Assembly: GCA_021325195.1 (NCBI GenBank)
Contig: JAJPHQ010000091.1
Coordinates: 15,223-79,222 of the forward strand
Direction of reading: 5' to 3'
DNA length: 64,000 bases
Source: Gammaproteobacteria bacterium
GTDB lineage: Bacteria > Pseudomonadota > Gammaproteobacteria > Xanthomonadales > Rhodanobacteraceae
In this document: positions 53,797 to 63,150 of the stretch, in pieces
Position numbering within the stretch: position 1 is the stretch's first letter
Layout: every line of letters starts with the position of its first letter
Program-made: the position numbers and the translations under genes
Notes under the pieces: model-generated
Databases searched by the model: none
What the model was told of the DNA's origin: nothing
The model's input: only the letters and a program-made list of their open reading frames with translations

Positions 53797-56187
53797 ATGG
53801 AACAGACGCAGGCCAAGCCGCGCGACCCGAGGGCGATCGCACGCGTCGTGGGCGCGCGCTTCAGCCTGCGCCGCGGCGTCACCGAGATCGCGGTCGATCT
53901 GGTGTTCGCGCTGGCCATCCTGCTGGTGCTGTTTGCGGCTTTCATGTTCTGGCAGGCGTGGCTGGCATCGCGCCAGGTCGATGCCGTGCAATCCCTGGCC
54001 CGCGGCAAGGCTGATGCGGTCCGGCAGGTGGCTGCGGTGATCGCGACCCGGCGCGCCGAGGTGGTCGCGGCGCTGGCGCAGCCCAGGCTGCGCGAGCTGC
54101 TGTCGGCCAACGACGACGACACCGCGCGCACGGCCGCCGCGGAGATGATGAAGGCCGCAATCCCCGACGCGCGCGAAGTCACGTTCTACAGCCCGCAGTT
54201 GAAAGAGGTGCTGCACGGCAACCTGCGGAAGCTGGGCTATTCGCGCGCCGCGCAACTGATGCGCGCACAGGACAGCAACACCATCGCGCCGGCGGAAGTC
54301 CGGCTGTCCGGACCGCGCAGCCTGAGTTTCATCGCACCGCTCGCCGGTGACGGCGGCCAGGTGCTGGCGTACGTGGCGGTGGATTTCCCGGAGGCGCCGC
54401 TGCGCCAGGCGTTCGAGTCGGTGGAGGTGCCGGCCGGGCACCTCGACCTCCGCGAAGGCGACGGCAGCGGCGACCTGGTGCTGATCGGCCGGGGAGATCG
54501 CGGCGTCTCGACCGGCGACGATCCCGGCATCCCGGTGCCGGGCAGCCGGCTCCGGATCGCGTCCGCGCCGCCCGACTACTGGCTGCCGGTCACCCATTCC
54601 GCGCTGGCCGCGTTGCTGCTGGCGCTGGTCGCGCTGATCGCCGGCACCGCACTGTTCTGGTCGCGCTCGCGTCTGCGTGCCAGACTGGGCGGCCCGTCCG
54701 CCGCGGACGAGCCGGTGCTGGCCCAGCTCACCGCGGCAACCGCACAACCTGCCGAAGCGAAAACGAAAGTGCCCGAACAACAGGCCCGGAAAATCGAACC
54801 GGAAGGCGTCATCCCCGACCACAGCATCTTCCGCGCCTACGACATCCGCGGCGTGGTCGGCGACACGCTCACCGAAGGCATCGCGCGGCAACTGGGGCGC
54901 GCGATCGGCAGCGCGATGCGCGACAAGGATCTTTCAGAGATCGTGATCGGCCGCGACGGGCGCCTGTCGGGTCCGCAACTCGCCGGTGCGCTGATCGAGG
55001 GGCTGCGCGCGGCCGGGATCGACGTGATCGACATCGGCGCGGTGCCGACGCCGGTCAGCTACTTCGCCGCATACCAGCTCCACACCGGTTCCTGCGTGTC
55101 GGTGACCGGCAGCCACAACCCGCCCGACTACAACGGCTTCAAGATCGTGATCGGCGGCGAGACCCCGGCCAAGGACGCGATCCAGGATCTGTACCGGCGC
55201 ATCGTCGAGAACCGCCTCGCCACCGGCCGCGGCAGCCTGCGCCAGTACGACATCCGTGAGGAATATGTCGAACGCATCGCGTCCGACATCCAGGTCGGGC
55301 GTTCGCTGAAAGTCGTCATCGATTGCGGCAACGGCATCCCCGGCGAAACCGCGCCGGAGGTGGTGCGCGCGATCGGCTGCGAGCCGGTGCCGCTGTACTG
55401 CGATGTCGATGGCACGTTCCCCAACCATCACCCCGATCCGTCCGATCCCAAGAACCTGGCCGACCTGATCCTGATGGTGAAGAAGACCGGCGCGGACCTG
55501 GGCCTCGCGTTCGACGGCGACGGCGACCGGCTGGGCGTGGTGACCAGGGCCGGCGAGATCATCTATCCCGACCGCGTGCTGATGCTGTTCGCGCAGGACG
55601 TGCTGATCCGCAATCCCGGCGCGACCATCCTGTACGACGTGAAGTGCACGGGCCACCTGCAGCCGCTGATCCTGAAGGCCGGCGGCAGCCCGCTGATGTG
55701 GAAGACCGGCCACTCGCTGATCAAGGCCAAGATGAAGGAAACCGGCGCGCAACTCGCGGGCGAGATGAGCGGGCACTTCTTCTTCCGCGAACGCTGGTAC
55801 GGTTTCGACGACGGCATCTATTCCGCCGCGCGGCTGCTGGAAATCCTGGCCGATGATCCGGAAGGCCGCATGCCAGAACAGATCTTCGCCACGCTGCCCA
55901 AGGGCGTGTCAACCCCGGAACTGCATGCCGCGATGAGGGAAGGCGAGAACCGCGCCTTCATCGCGCGTTTCCGCGAACGCGCGCGGTTCGAGGGCGCGCG
56001 CATCACCACCATCGACGGGGTGCGCGCCGACTGGTCGGACGGCTGGGGCCTGGTGCGCGCGTCCAACACCACGCCGGTGCTGGTGCTGCGCTTCGACGCC
56101 GACAACGCCGATGCGCTGAAACGGATCCAGGACGCCTTCCGCGCGCAACTGCTGGCGTGCGACTCGACGCTGCAGTTGCCGTTCTAG
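53797..56187 (+). CDS. Phosphomannomutase/phosphoglucomutase with a ~340-aa membrane-anchored N-terminal extension
   Basis: This is the 3' part of ORF 53524..56187, from MEQTQAKPRD. The core has SIFRAYDIRG, TGSHNPPDYNG (active-site Ser), FDGDGDR and GEMSGH. The extension has two TM segments (VDLVFALAILLVLFAAFMFW; ALAALLLALVALIAGTALFW) and GC3-rich codons. Confidence 0.8.
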   Translation: MEQTQAKPRDPRAIARVVGARFSLRRGVTEIAVDLVFALAILLVLFAAFMFWQAWLASRQVDAVQSLARGKADAVRQVAAVIATRRAEVVAALAQPRLRELLSANDDDTARTAAAEMMKAAIPDAREVTFYSPQLKEVLHGNLRKLGYSRAAQLMRAQDSNTIAPAEVRLSGPRSLSFIAPLAGDGGQVLAYVAVDFPEAPLRQAFESVEVPAGHLDLREGDGSGDLVLIGRGDRGVSTGDDPGIPVPGSRLRIASAPPDYWLPVTHSALAALLLALVALIAGTALFWSRSRLRARLGGPSAADEPVLAQLTAATAQPAEAKTKVPEQQARKIEPEGVIPDHSIFRAYDIRGVVGDTLTEGIARQLGRAIGSAMRDKDLSEIVIGRDGRLSGPQLAGALIEGLRAAGIDVIDIGAVPTPVSYFAAYQLHTGSCVSVTGSHNPPDYNGFKIVIGGETPAKDAIQDLYRRIVENRLATGRGSLRQYDIREEYVERIASDIQVGRSLKVVIDCGNGIPGETAPEVVRAIGCEPVPLYCDVDGTFPNHHPDPSDPKNLADLILMVKKTGADLGLAFDGDGDRLGVVTRAGEIIYPDRVLMLFAQDVLIRNPGATILYDVKCTGHLQPLILKAGGSPLMWKTGHSLIKAKMKETGAQLAGEMSGHFFFRERWYGFDDGIYSAARLLEILADDPEGRMPEQIFATLPKGVSTPELHAAMREGENRAFIARFRERARFEGARITTIDGVRADWSDGWGLVRASNTTPVLVLRFDADNADALKRIQDAFRAQLLACDSTLQLPF

Positions 56188-56224
56188 CGCACGCTGTCCG
56201 CTCCCTCTCCCGTCTGCGTGAGCA

Positions 56225-56346
56225 GGTCAGGGTGGGAATACTTGCGCTGCCCCCTCGTGATGCCGGACAAGCCTGCGCAGCGGGTGCGATCCGGAATGAC
56301 GAGCAAAAACCATCGCCGTGCGCCATCCATGGCGCGCATCCATCCT
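56225..56346. repeat. REP-like modules (CCGGAATGACG; CGCCATCCATGGCGC)
   Basis: The modules are shared with 10855-11040, 26821-26981 and 48125-48460. Confidence 0.6.
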
Positions 56347-57111
56347 TCATCCGCGCCCACAGGAATCCGGCGAGGCCGGCGGGGTGTCGCCCGAAAACTT
56401 CACGGCAGTCGCGCCGGAGACGGTGCCGCTGACATGGGCCTGGTCGCTGATGTACAGATTGACCTTGCGCTCGAAGGTGAGCGGGCCGTTCACGGTCGCG
56501 CCGGGGCCGATCACGATGCGCGGCACGCAATCGCTGCCGAACGAGATGCCGAAGAAGCCCCCGTGCTTGGGCTTCTTCACGGTGATGCCGCCATCGACCA
56601 CCGACTTGCCGGTGATGTCGATGTTGCCGTTGGCGGTTTCGATGCCTCCGCCCACGTGCGCATCGGTGACCGCGATGTGGCCGTTGACGTTGGTCAGCTT
56701 GCCGCCCACCGTTGCACCCGGTGCGAGGGTCATCGAACCGTTCACGGTGGTGGCGTCGTGCTTGACCTGGGCGCCTGCAGCCAGTGCGATCGAACCGTTG
56801 ACGGTGGTCGCGTCCCGTGCGACGGCGTTTTCCTCCAGCCTGATGGAACCGTTGACGGTGGTGGCATCGCCGACCACGCCGCCGCCGGCGACGGTGACGG
56901 AGCCGTTGACGGTGGTGGCATCGCCGGCCTTGGCGTTGGCGCCCACGCGCACCGCGCCGTTCACGGTGGTGGCGTCGCGCACGCTGGAGCCGGACGCCAC
57001 ATCGATCGAGCCCAGCACCTTGCTGTTGCCGTCGCCCATGTCGCAGGCAGCCACGGACAGCGGCAAGGCCAGCATCACGAACAGATGGGTACAAACACGA
57101 GCAGCCTTCAT
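56347..57111 (-). CDS. Lipoprotein with 18-19-residue DATTVNGS repeats (predicted beta-helix; bactofilin/adhesin-like)
   Basis: ORF 56347..57240; start at MKAARVCTHLFVMLALPLSVAAC (lipobox). There are five exact DATTVNG units and two degenerate ones with an 18-19-aa period. Confidence 0.65.
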   Translation of the reverse strand: MKAARVCTHLFVMLALPLSVAACDMGDGNSKVLGSIDVASGSSVRDATTVNGAVRVGANAKAGDATTVNGSVTVAGGGVVGDATTVNGSIRLEENAVARDATTVNGSIALAAGAQVKHDATTVNGSMTLAPGATVGGKLTNVNGHIAVTDAHVGGGIETANGNIDITGKSVVDGGITVKKPKHGGFFGISFGSDCVPRIVIGPGATVNGPLTFERKVNLYISDQAHVSGTVSGATAVKFSGDTPPASPDSCGRG

Positions 57112-57263
57112 GACCGACCTCCCACGCGCCGGATGCGCGTCACCCAGTGCATCGTGCCCCGGGGCGCCGCGTTTGCCAATAGGACCAAGGTCACCGTGAC
57201 AACTGTCAGGTCGCCGTTGGTGAACCGTTACAATGCGCATTTCCGCCTGCCCGACGTCACGCC

Positions 57264-58007
57264 ATGCACACCCTCGTCCTGATCCGCCACGGCCAGTCGG
57301 TCTGGAACAGGGAAAACCGCTTCACCGGCTGGGCCGACGTCGACCTGTCCGAACAGGGCCGCGACGAGGCACGCGAGGCCGGCGAACTGCTGAAGCGCGA
57401 AGGTTACGCGTTCGATCTGGCGCACACCTCGGTGCTGACCCGCGCGGTCCGCACGCTGTGGCTGGTGCAGGAAGCGATGGGCCTGATGTGGCTGCCGGTC
57501 GTCACCGACTGGCGCTTGAACGAACGCCACTACGGTGCGCTGACCGGACTGAACAAGGCCGAGGTCGCGGCGAAGTACGGCGACGAGCAGGTGCACATCT
57601 GGCGGCGCAGCTACGACGTGCCGCCGCCGCCCATCGATCCGGAGGACAACGACTGCGCGCGCGATCCGCGCTACGCGGCGCTCGATCCCGCGCAGATTCC
57701 GTTGACCGAATGCCTGAAGGACACCGTCGCGCGCGTCTTGCCGTACTGGCACGAGGTCCTGGCGCCCGCGATCCGCGCGGGCCATCGCGTGCTGGTGTCG
57801 GCACACGGCAATTCGATGCGCGCGCTGGTGAAGTACCTCGATGGCATTTCCGATGCCGACATCACCGCGCTCAACATTCCCAACGGCGTACCGCTGGTGT
57901 ACGAATTCGACGATCAATTGAAGCCGCTGCGGCATTTCTATCTGGGCGACCCCGAGGCGATCGCGGCCAAGGCCGCGGCGGTGGCGAACCAGGCCAGGGC
58001 GCGCTGA
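57264..58007 (+). CDS. gpmA: 2,3-bisphosphoglycerate-dependent phosphoglycerate mutase
   Basis: 247-aa [26 protein letters not shown] and the SAHGNS region are present. Confidence 0.9.
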   Translation: MHTLVLIRHGQSVWNRENRFTGWADVDLSEQGRDEAREAGELLKREGYAFDLAHTSVLTRAVRTLWLVQEAMGLMWLPVVTDWRLNERHYGALTGLNKAEVAAKYGDEQVHIWRRSYDVPPPPIDPEDNDCARDPRYAALDPAQIPLTECLKDTVARVLPYWHEVLAPAIRAGHRVLVSAHGNSMRALVKYLDGISDADITALNIPNGVPLVYEFDDQLKPLRHFYLGDPEAIAAKAAAVANQARAR

Positions 58008-58028
58008 GCCGCGGCCTGCACCGCGGCA

Positions 58029-58046
58029 GCCTGACAATTGTCAGGC
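58029..58046. other. Perfect 18-bp palindrome GCCTGACAATTGTCAGGC after gpmA
   Basis: Read directly from the sequence. It lies 22 nt after the gpmA stop. A related TGACAACTGTCA occurs at 57197-57208, upstream of gpmA. Confidence 0.6.
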
Positions 58047-58103
58047 GACAACGCGGCGCGGTTCCGCCAGAATGCGCGCGATCCCGAAACCGGAGGCGCG
58101 GGC

Positions 58104-58628
58104 ATGTCGCCCAACGTGATCGTCCCCGTGGTGGTGGCGCCGCTGATCGTGTGGCGGCTGTACATGCGGCTGCGCCGCAACTTCGGCCGCCAGCCCATCC
58201 GGCCGAAACGGATGTGGACGCGGGTGGCGATCCTGTCGGGGGTGATCGTGCTGTTCGCGCTGGATGGCCTGCGCGGTCCGCTGCTGGCGGAAGGCCTGGT
58301 GGTGGGGCTGCTCGGCGGCGTGGTGCTGGGCATCGTGGCGCTGCGCTTCACGCATTTCGAGATCGACGGCACCAACGACTACTACACGCCCCATCCCTGG
58401 ATCGGCCTGGGCCTGACCGCGCTGCTGCTGGCCCGGCTGCTGTACCGCTTCATGGCGCTGTATCCCCTGATGACGCATGCGGCGGCGGCCGGCGGTTACG
58501 CCGCCTACCAGCGCAGTCCGCTGACGATGGCCATCTTCGGCCTGCTGTTCGGCTACTACATCGCCTACTACGCGGGCCTGCTGATCCACCACCGGCGGGT
58601 GCTGGCGGGATTGCGCGCGAAGGCGTGA
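58104..58628 (+). CDS. Hypothetical membrane protein (174 aa)
   Basis: ORF 58038..58628 (TTG at 58038); first ATG at 58104 (MSPNVIVPVVVAPLIVW). It has four hydrophobic segments. No family recognised. Confidence 0.5.
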   Translation: MSPNVIVPVVVAPLIVWRLYMRLRRNFGRQPIRPKRMWTRVAILSGVIVLFALDGLRGPLLAEGLVVGLLGGVVLGIVALRFTHFEIDGTNDYYTPHPWIGLGLTALLLARLLYRFMALYPLMTHAAAAGGYAAYQRSPLTMAIFGLLFGYYIAYYAGLLIHHRRVLAGLRAKA

Positions 58629-58639
58629 CGGCAACGCCT

Positions 58640-59145
58640 GCAAGGCGTGTCAAAGCCGATTTTCGGTCGGGTCGGGAAAGGCGCCGGAGCGGTGGCTGGA
58701 AGGCGAACGCGGACCTGAGGCAGTGTTCGCGTCCCCCGGGCCCTCACCCCACCCCATCCCCGATCGAGACGGGCTCGATTCCCGGGGAACCTCTGACTTT
58801 GCTCACTCGTGATGTTTCCGACCCTCGGCTCCCTTGCGTCAAGGGGCGGCCAAACCGTTGCCCTGCAACGGTTTGGCGGGAGTCGTGGAAGTGTGAGCTT
58901 GTGGGAACGAAGCACGAACTGGCCGGTTGATCGGATGTTCCCTAGCAGGTTGTTGAGAAAGCGCAGTCCTGCACTTGACTCGCGCCGTCCATGGCGTTCG
59001 CCCTGCGGGCCAGCTTCGCTGTTCGCATCCGCTCCTGCGGATGCAGTCTCAACGTCGCGAGTCCGGCACATGTCCGGACTCGCTCCCGACGGATCATCAA
59101 GCGCTTGTGCGCTTGATCCGCGGCGGCCCATCCGTGGCCCGCACC
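58640..59145. repeat. ~500-bp non-coding island of REP-like hairpins
   Basis: Stems include GCCAAACCGTTG/CAACGGTTTGGC (~58848-58876), CATCCGC/GCGGATG, GCGAGTCCGG/TCCGGACTCGC and GGATCA.CAAGCGC/GCGCTTGATCC. The 37-nt module at 58975-59011 is shared with 48144-48180. Only low-complexity shadow ORFs are present. Confidence 0.75.
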
Positions 59146-59169
59146 AGCAGGGTGTTTCTCAACACCCTG

Positions 59170-59171
<2 letters not shown>
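59146..59171 (-). terminator. Hairpin at the glnB stop codon
   Basis: The 11-bp stem AGCAGGGTGTT/AACACCCTGCT has a TCTC loop, and its right arm overlaps the stop. There is no U-tract, so function as an intrinsic terminator is uncertain. Confidence 0.4.
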
Positions 59172-59661
<490 letters not shown>

Positions 59662-59716
59662 CTACCCGCGCCCCGGCCGGGCCTCTAACCTGACCGGGAC
59701 GCATCGAGGCAACGCC

Positions 59717-59965
59717 ATGATCGACGTGCACGTCATAGACCAACTCGCGCACCGCCTTGCGACCCTGGTCCCGCCGGGGCTCGCGCAGGCGCGGGAGGAC
59801 ATGGAAGCCAATTTTCGGGACGTGCTGGCGCACGGATTGCGCCGCCTCGACCTCGTCACCCGCGAGGAATTCGATGCCCAGCGCGCGGTGCTTTCACGCA
59901 CCCGCGAACTGGTGGCGCAACTGGAAGCGCGCGTGGCCGAACTCGAGGCCGCGCAGGCGAAATAA
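59717..59965 (+). CDS. ubiK: Ubiquinone biosynthesis accessory factor UbiK (YqiC/BMFP family)
   Basis: ORF 59597..59965; start at MIDVHVIDQLAHRL. Coiled-coil …LDLVTREEFDAQRAVL.RTRE.L..LE.RV.ELE. Divergent from glnB, as is common in gammaproteobacteria. Confidence 0.75.
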   Translation: MIDVHVIDQLAHRLATLVPPGLAQAREDMEANFRDVLAHGLRRLDLVTREEFDAQRAVLSRTRELVAQLEARVAELEAAQAK

Positions 59966-60100
59966 GCCGCGGAATCTTCAGCCCCGCTGCGTGTGCCGCG
60001 CGTTTCCGTGTGCGGCGCAGACGGGCTGCCGCGCGCCGGGGGAGCCATGCCGGGCGGCGCGCGGCGTTTTTTCCCGGGGGATTGCGGAAATGCGCCAGCC

Positions 60101-61615
60101 ATGAGTCTCGCCGTCGCCCTCACCCGCGCATCCGAAGGCGTGGCCGCGCCGCTGGTGACGGTCGAGGTGCACCTGTCCGGTGGCCTGCCGGGCACGTCGA
60201 TCGTCGGGCTGCCGGAAGCCGCGGTGCGCGAGGCGCGCGACCGCGTGCGCGTGGCGATCCAGAACACGCAGTTCGAATATCCCAACCGCCGGGTCACGGT
60301 GAATCTCGCCCCGGCCGAATTGCCCAAGGACGGCGGCCGCTTCGACCTCGCGATCGCGCTGGGCATCCTCGCCGCCGGCGGCCAGTTGCCGCGCGAGGCG
60401 CTGGATGGTTGCGAATTCCTGGGCGAACTCGCATTGTCCGGCGAGCTGCGTCCGGTCACCGGCGTGCTGCCGGCGCTGCTGCGGGCGCGGCGCGGCAAGC
60501 GCTGCGTGATCGTGCCGGCCGAGAACGCGCGCGAAGCGGCATTGTTGAGCGATGTCGAGGTGCGCGTGGCGCGCACGCTGGCGGAGGTGTGCGCGCACCT
60601 GCGCGGCGCCGAACCGTTGTCCGCCCCCGCGGCCGACGCGGGCGGCGATGCGATCGACGATTATCCCGATCTCGCCGACGTGCGCGGCCAGTTGAATGCG
60701 CGGCGCGCGCTGGAAATTGCCGCGACCGGCGGCCACCACCTGCTGATGATCGGTCCGCCCGGCACCGGCAAGTCCATGCTGGCGCAGCGCCTGCCGGGCA
60801 TCCTGCCGCCGCTCACCGAAACCGAGGCGCTGGAAGCCTGCGCGGTGCGTTCGGTGGCGGGCATGCCGTTCGAGCCGGGCGGCTGGCGCCGCCGTCCCTA
60901 TCGCGCGCCGCACCACACCGCGTCGGGTGTCGCGCTGGTCGGCGGCGGCTCGCATCCGCGCCCGGGCGAAATCTCGCTGGCGCACCGCGGTGTGCTGTTC
61001 CTCGACGAACTGCCGGAATTCGACCGCCACGTGCTGGAAGTGCTGCGTGAACCGATGGAATCGGGCCGGATCGTGATCTCGCGCGCCGCGCGCCAGGCGG
61101 AATTCCCGGCGCGGTTCCAGTTGGTCGCGGCGATGAATCCCTGCCCCTGCGGTTATGCCGGCGATCCGAACGGCCGCTGCCGCTGCACGCCCGACCAGAT
61201 CGCGCGTTACCGCGGAAGGATTTCCGGCCCGCTGCTGGATCGCATCGACCTCACCGTCGAGGTGCCGAGGCTGTCGCTGGCCGAGCTCGATGCGGGACGC
61301 AACGCGGGCGACGAGGATTCCGCGACGGTGCGCAAGCGCGTGATCGATGCGCGGCAACGCGCGTTGCAGCGCGCCGGCAAACCCAATGCCGCGCTCGACA
61401 CCCGCGAGATCGAACGCGACTGCGCGCTGGGGATCAGCGAACGCGTGCTGCTGCAGCGTGCGATGGACAAGCTGGGCCTGTCCGCGCGTGCCTACCACCG
61501 GGTGCTGCGCGTCGCGCGTTCCATCGCCGATCTCGCCGGCAGCGAACGCATCGGCCGCGAACACCTGGCCGAGGCGTTGCAATACCGGCGGCCAAACGTC
61601 GTCGGGCAGGAGTAG
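60101..61615 (+). CDS. comM: YifB/ComM family Mg-chelatase-like AAA+ ATPase
   Basis: ORF 59993..61615; start at MSLAVALTRA. Has a Lon-protease-like N-domain, Walker A GPPGTGKSMLA and the C-terminal …AYHRVLRVARSIADL. Confidence 0.9.
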   Translation: MSLAVALTRASEGVAAPLVTVEVHLSGGLPGTSIVGLPEAAVREARDRVRVAIQNTQFEYPNRRVTVNLAPAELPKDGGRFDLAIALGILAAGGQLPREALDGCEFLGELALSGELRPVTGVLPALLRARRGKRCVIVPAENAREAALLSDVEVRVARTLAEVCAHLRGAEPLSAPAADAGGDAIDDYPDLADVRGQLNARRALEIAATGGHHLLMIGPPGTGKSMLAQRLPGILPPLTETEALEACAVRSVAGMPFEPGGWRRRPYRAPHHTASGVALVGGGSHPRPGEISLAHRGVLFLDELPEFDRHVLEVLREPMESGRIVISRAARQAEFPARFQLVAAMNPCPCGYAGDPNGRCRCTPDQIARYRGRISGPLLDRIDLTVEVPRLSLAELDAGRNAGDEDSATVRKRVIDARQRALQRAGKPNAALDTREIERDCALGISERVLLQRAMDKLGLSARAYHRVLRVARSIADLAGSERIGREHLAEALQYRRPNVVGQE

Positions 61616-61646
61616 CGAAGCGAATCCCGCCCGACGATTTTTTGGC

Positions 61647-62822
61647 TTACGGCCACACCCGGTGGGCTGGATCGAACTCGACGGTCGCTCTGGTCACGGC
61701 GCGCACGCCGAAACCGCACACGGCCAGCGGGCCTTCGGCCATCGGTTCCAGCCCGAACGCCTGCTCGATCTCGACCTCGTTGATGGCGGCGGTGATGAAG
61801 GCGCCCAGGTTCATTTCGGTGGCGCCCAGGTAGATCGCCTGCGACAGGTGCCCGGCATCCAGGATCACCGCGCGATACGCCTTGGCATGGTTGCGGTATT
61901 TCCAGAAATTGCGTTCGAAACGCGCCACCAGCGCGATCTGCAGCGGCGCGGCGGCGTAATACGCCTGTGCCGCGACGAAACGGCGCGCAAGTTTTGCCGC
62001 CTCGTCGGCATCGAGCGCGCGCAGCGGTTCCAGCGCGTGCTCGACCGGGTGGTAGTGATACAACCCCGGCGCGATGCCTTCGACGCGCTGCACCAGCAGA
62101 TACGCCTCGACCGCGTGCAGGCCGCCCGCCGACGGCACGCCCTTCTTCAGGAGTTGCACGCCCGGCGCGTAATCGCTGACCGCGCGCGCACCGAACGCGC
62201 GGTACAGCACCGCGGAAAACGCATCGAACGACAACGGCGCGGGATCGTAGTTGCGGCAGGTGACGCGCCGATCCATCAACGCATCCAGCGGCGACGGCGA
62301 CGGCTTTTCCAGCGGCAGGCGCGAGGCCGCCGGCGCGCGCTCGCCGACCACGGGCGGCGCCGGCCCCAGCCGCTCCAGGAACGTCTGCGGACTGGCTTCG
62401 GAAAACAATCGCTCGACGGCTTCCGAATCCACGCCGCGCCAGCGGGCATGGCGATGCGTGACGGCGGACAAGCCTCGCCAGTGCACCGCGCGCACGGCTT
62501 CGTCCGCCTGCGCGAACTGGCGTGATATTTCGTCGGCCGGTGCCTGCACGATCAGCAGGCCTTTCGCCAGCAGCGCCTCGAGCACCGCCCGCGGATGCCG
62601 TGACGACAACTCATCCAGCGATTGCCAGTGCCCCGGCGACAGCGCGCCCAGCGCGGCGACCGCGGCCGCATCCAACGGAATCTCTTCATCGCAATGCGCG
62701 GCCAGCGCCAGCCAGCCGAGGCGTTCGCGCACGCCGGTTTCGCCCAGCGCCAGTTCGACAAGGTCGAAGTCAATGGATTCGCGCGGCTCGACCAGCACCA
62801 CCGCGCAGCGGCGGACGCGCAT
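61647..62822 (-). CDS. SagB/ThcOx-type (nitroreductase-fold) dehydrogenase with ~190-aa N-terminal extension; putative peptide-maturation dehydrogenase
   Basis: 391-aa ORF. C-terminal half motifs: DRRVTCRNY, VPSAGGLHAVEAYL, FWKYRNHAKAYRAVILDAGH. No YcaO-like gene is adjacent within the window. Confidence 0.75.
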   Translation of the reverse strand: MRVRRCAVVLVEPRESIDFDLVELALGETGVRERLGWLALAAHCDEEIPLDAAAVAALGALSPGHWQSLDELSSRHPRAVLEALLAKGLLIVQAPADEISRQFAQADEAVRAVHWRGLSAVTHRHARWRGVDSEAVERLFSEASPQTFLERLGPAPPVVGERAPAASRLPLEKPSPSPLDALMDRRVTCRNYDPAPLSFDAFSAVLYRAFGARAVSDYAPGVQLLKKGVPSAGGLHAVEAYLLVQRVEGIAPGLYHYHPVEHALEPLRALDADEAAKLARRFVAAQAYYAAAPLQIALVARFERNFWKYRNHAKAYRAVILDAGHLSQAIYLGATEMNLGAFITAAINEVEIEQAFGLEPMAEGPLAVCGFGVRAVTRATVEFDPAHRVWP

Positions 62823-62833
62823 GAATCGGCCGC

Positions 62834-63094
62834 TCAGGGTGAACCGCTGAGTTCGAGACGCTTCTCCACACGCTCGATGCGCTCGACAAGGCGGTCGATC
62901 GCAGCTTGCTGGCGCGCGTGATCGCCATACAGATCGGCATAATCCGCATGGCTCTTGGCTTGGCCACGCTCAAGACTGGCAAGGCGAAGCTTCACATCCC
63001 GAAATTCGTCGTGCATTTCGGAACGCACGGTCTGCATCTCGTTCCGCAGGCTCTTCAGCATTTCCAGGATCAGGTTTTCGACGTTCTCGCTCAT
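62834..63094 (-). CDS. Hypothetical 86-aa coiled-coil protein, upstream of and co-oriented with the SagB-type gene
   Basis: ORF 62834..63139 (TTG at 63139); first ATG at 63094 (MSENVENLILEMLKSL…). Heptad-like charged helices. It ends 12 nt before the SagB-type ATG. Confidence 0.5.
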   Translation of the reverse strand: MSENVENLILEMLKSLRNEMQTVRSEMHDEFRDVKLRLASLERGQAKSHADYADLYGDHARQQAAIDRLVERIERVEKRLELSGSP

Positions 63095-63150
63095 GGCGCT
63101 TTCGACGGCCCCGCGCGGCAGGGTTCTATGGTACCGCAAGCGGGCTGGAT

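Noticed and set aside
58629-59169. Possible CRISPR array or tandem repeat in the 540-bp gene-free island.
   Set aside because: There is no constant-length direct repeat with regular spacers. The elements are different inverted-repeat hairpins, and no cas genes are in the window.
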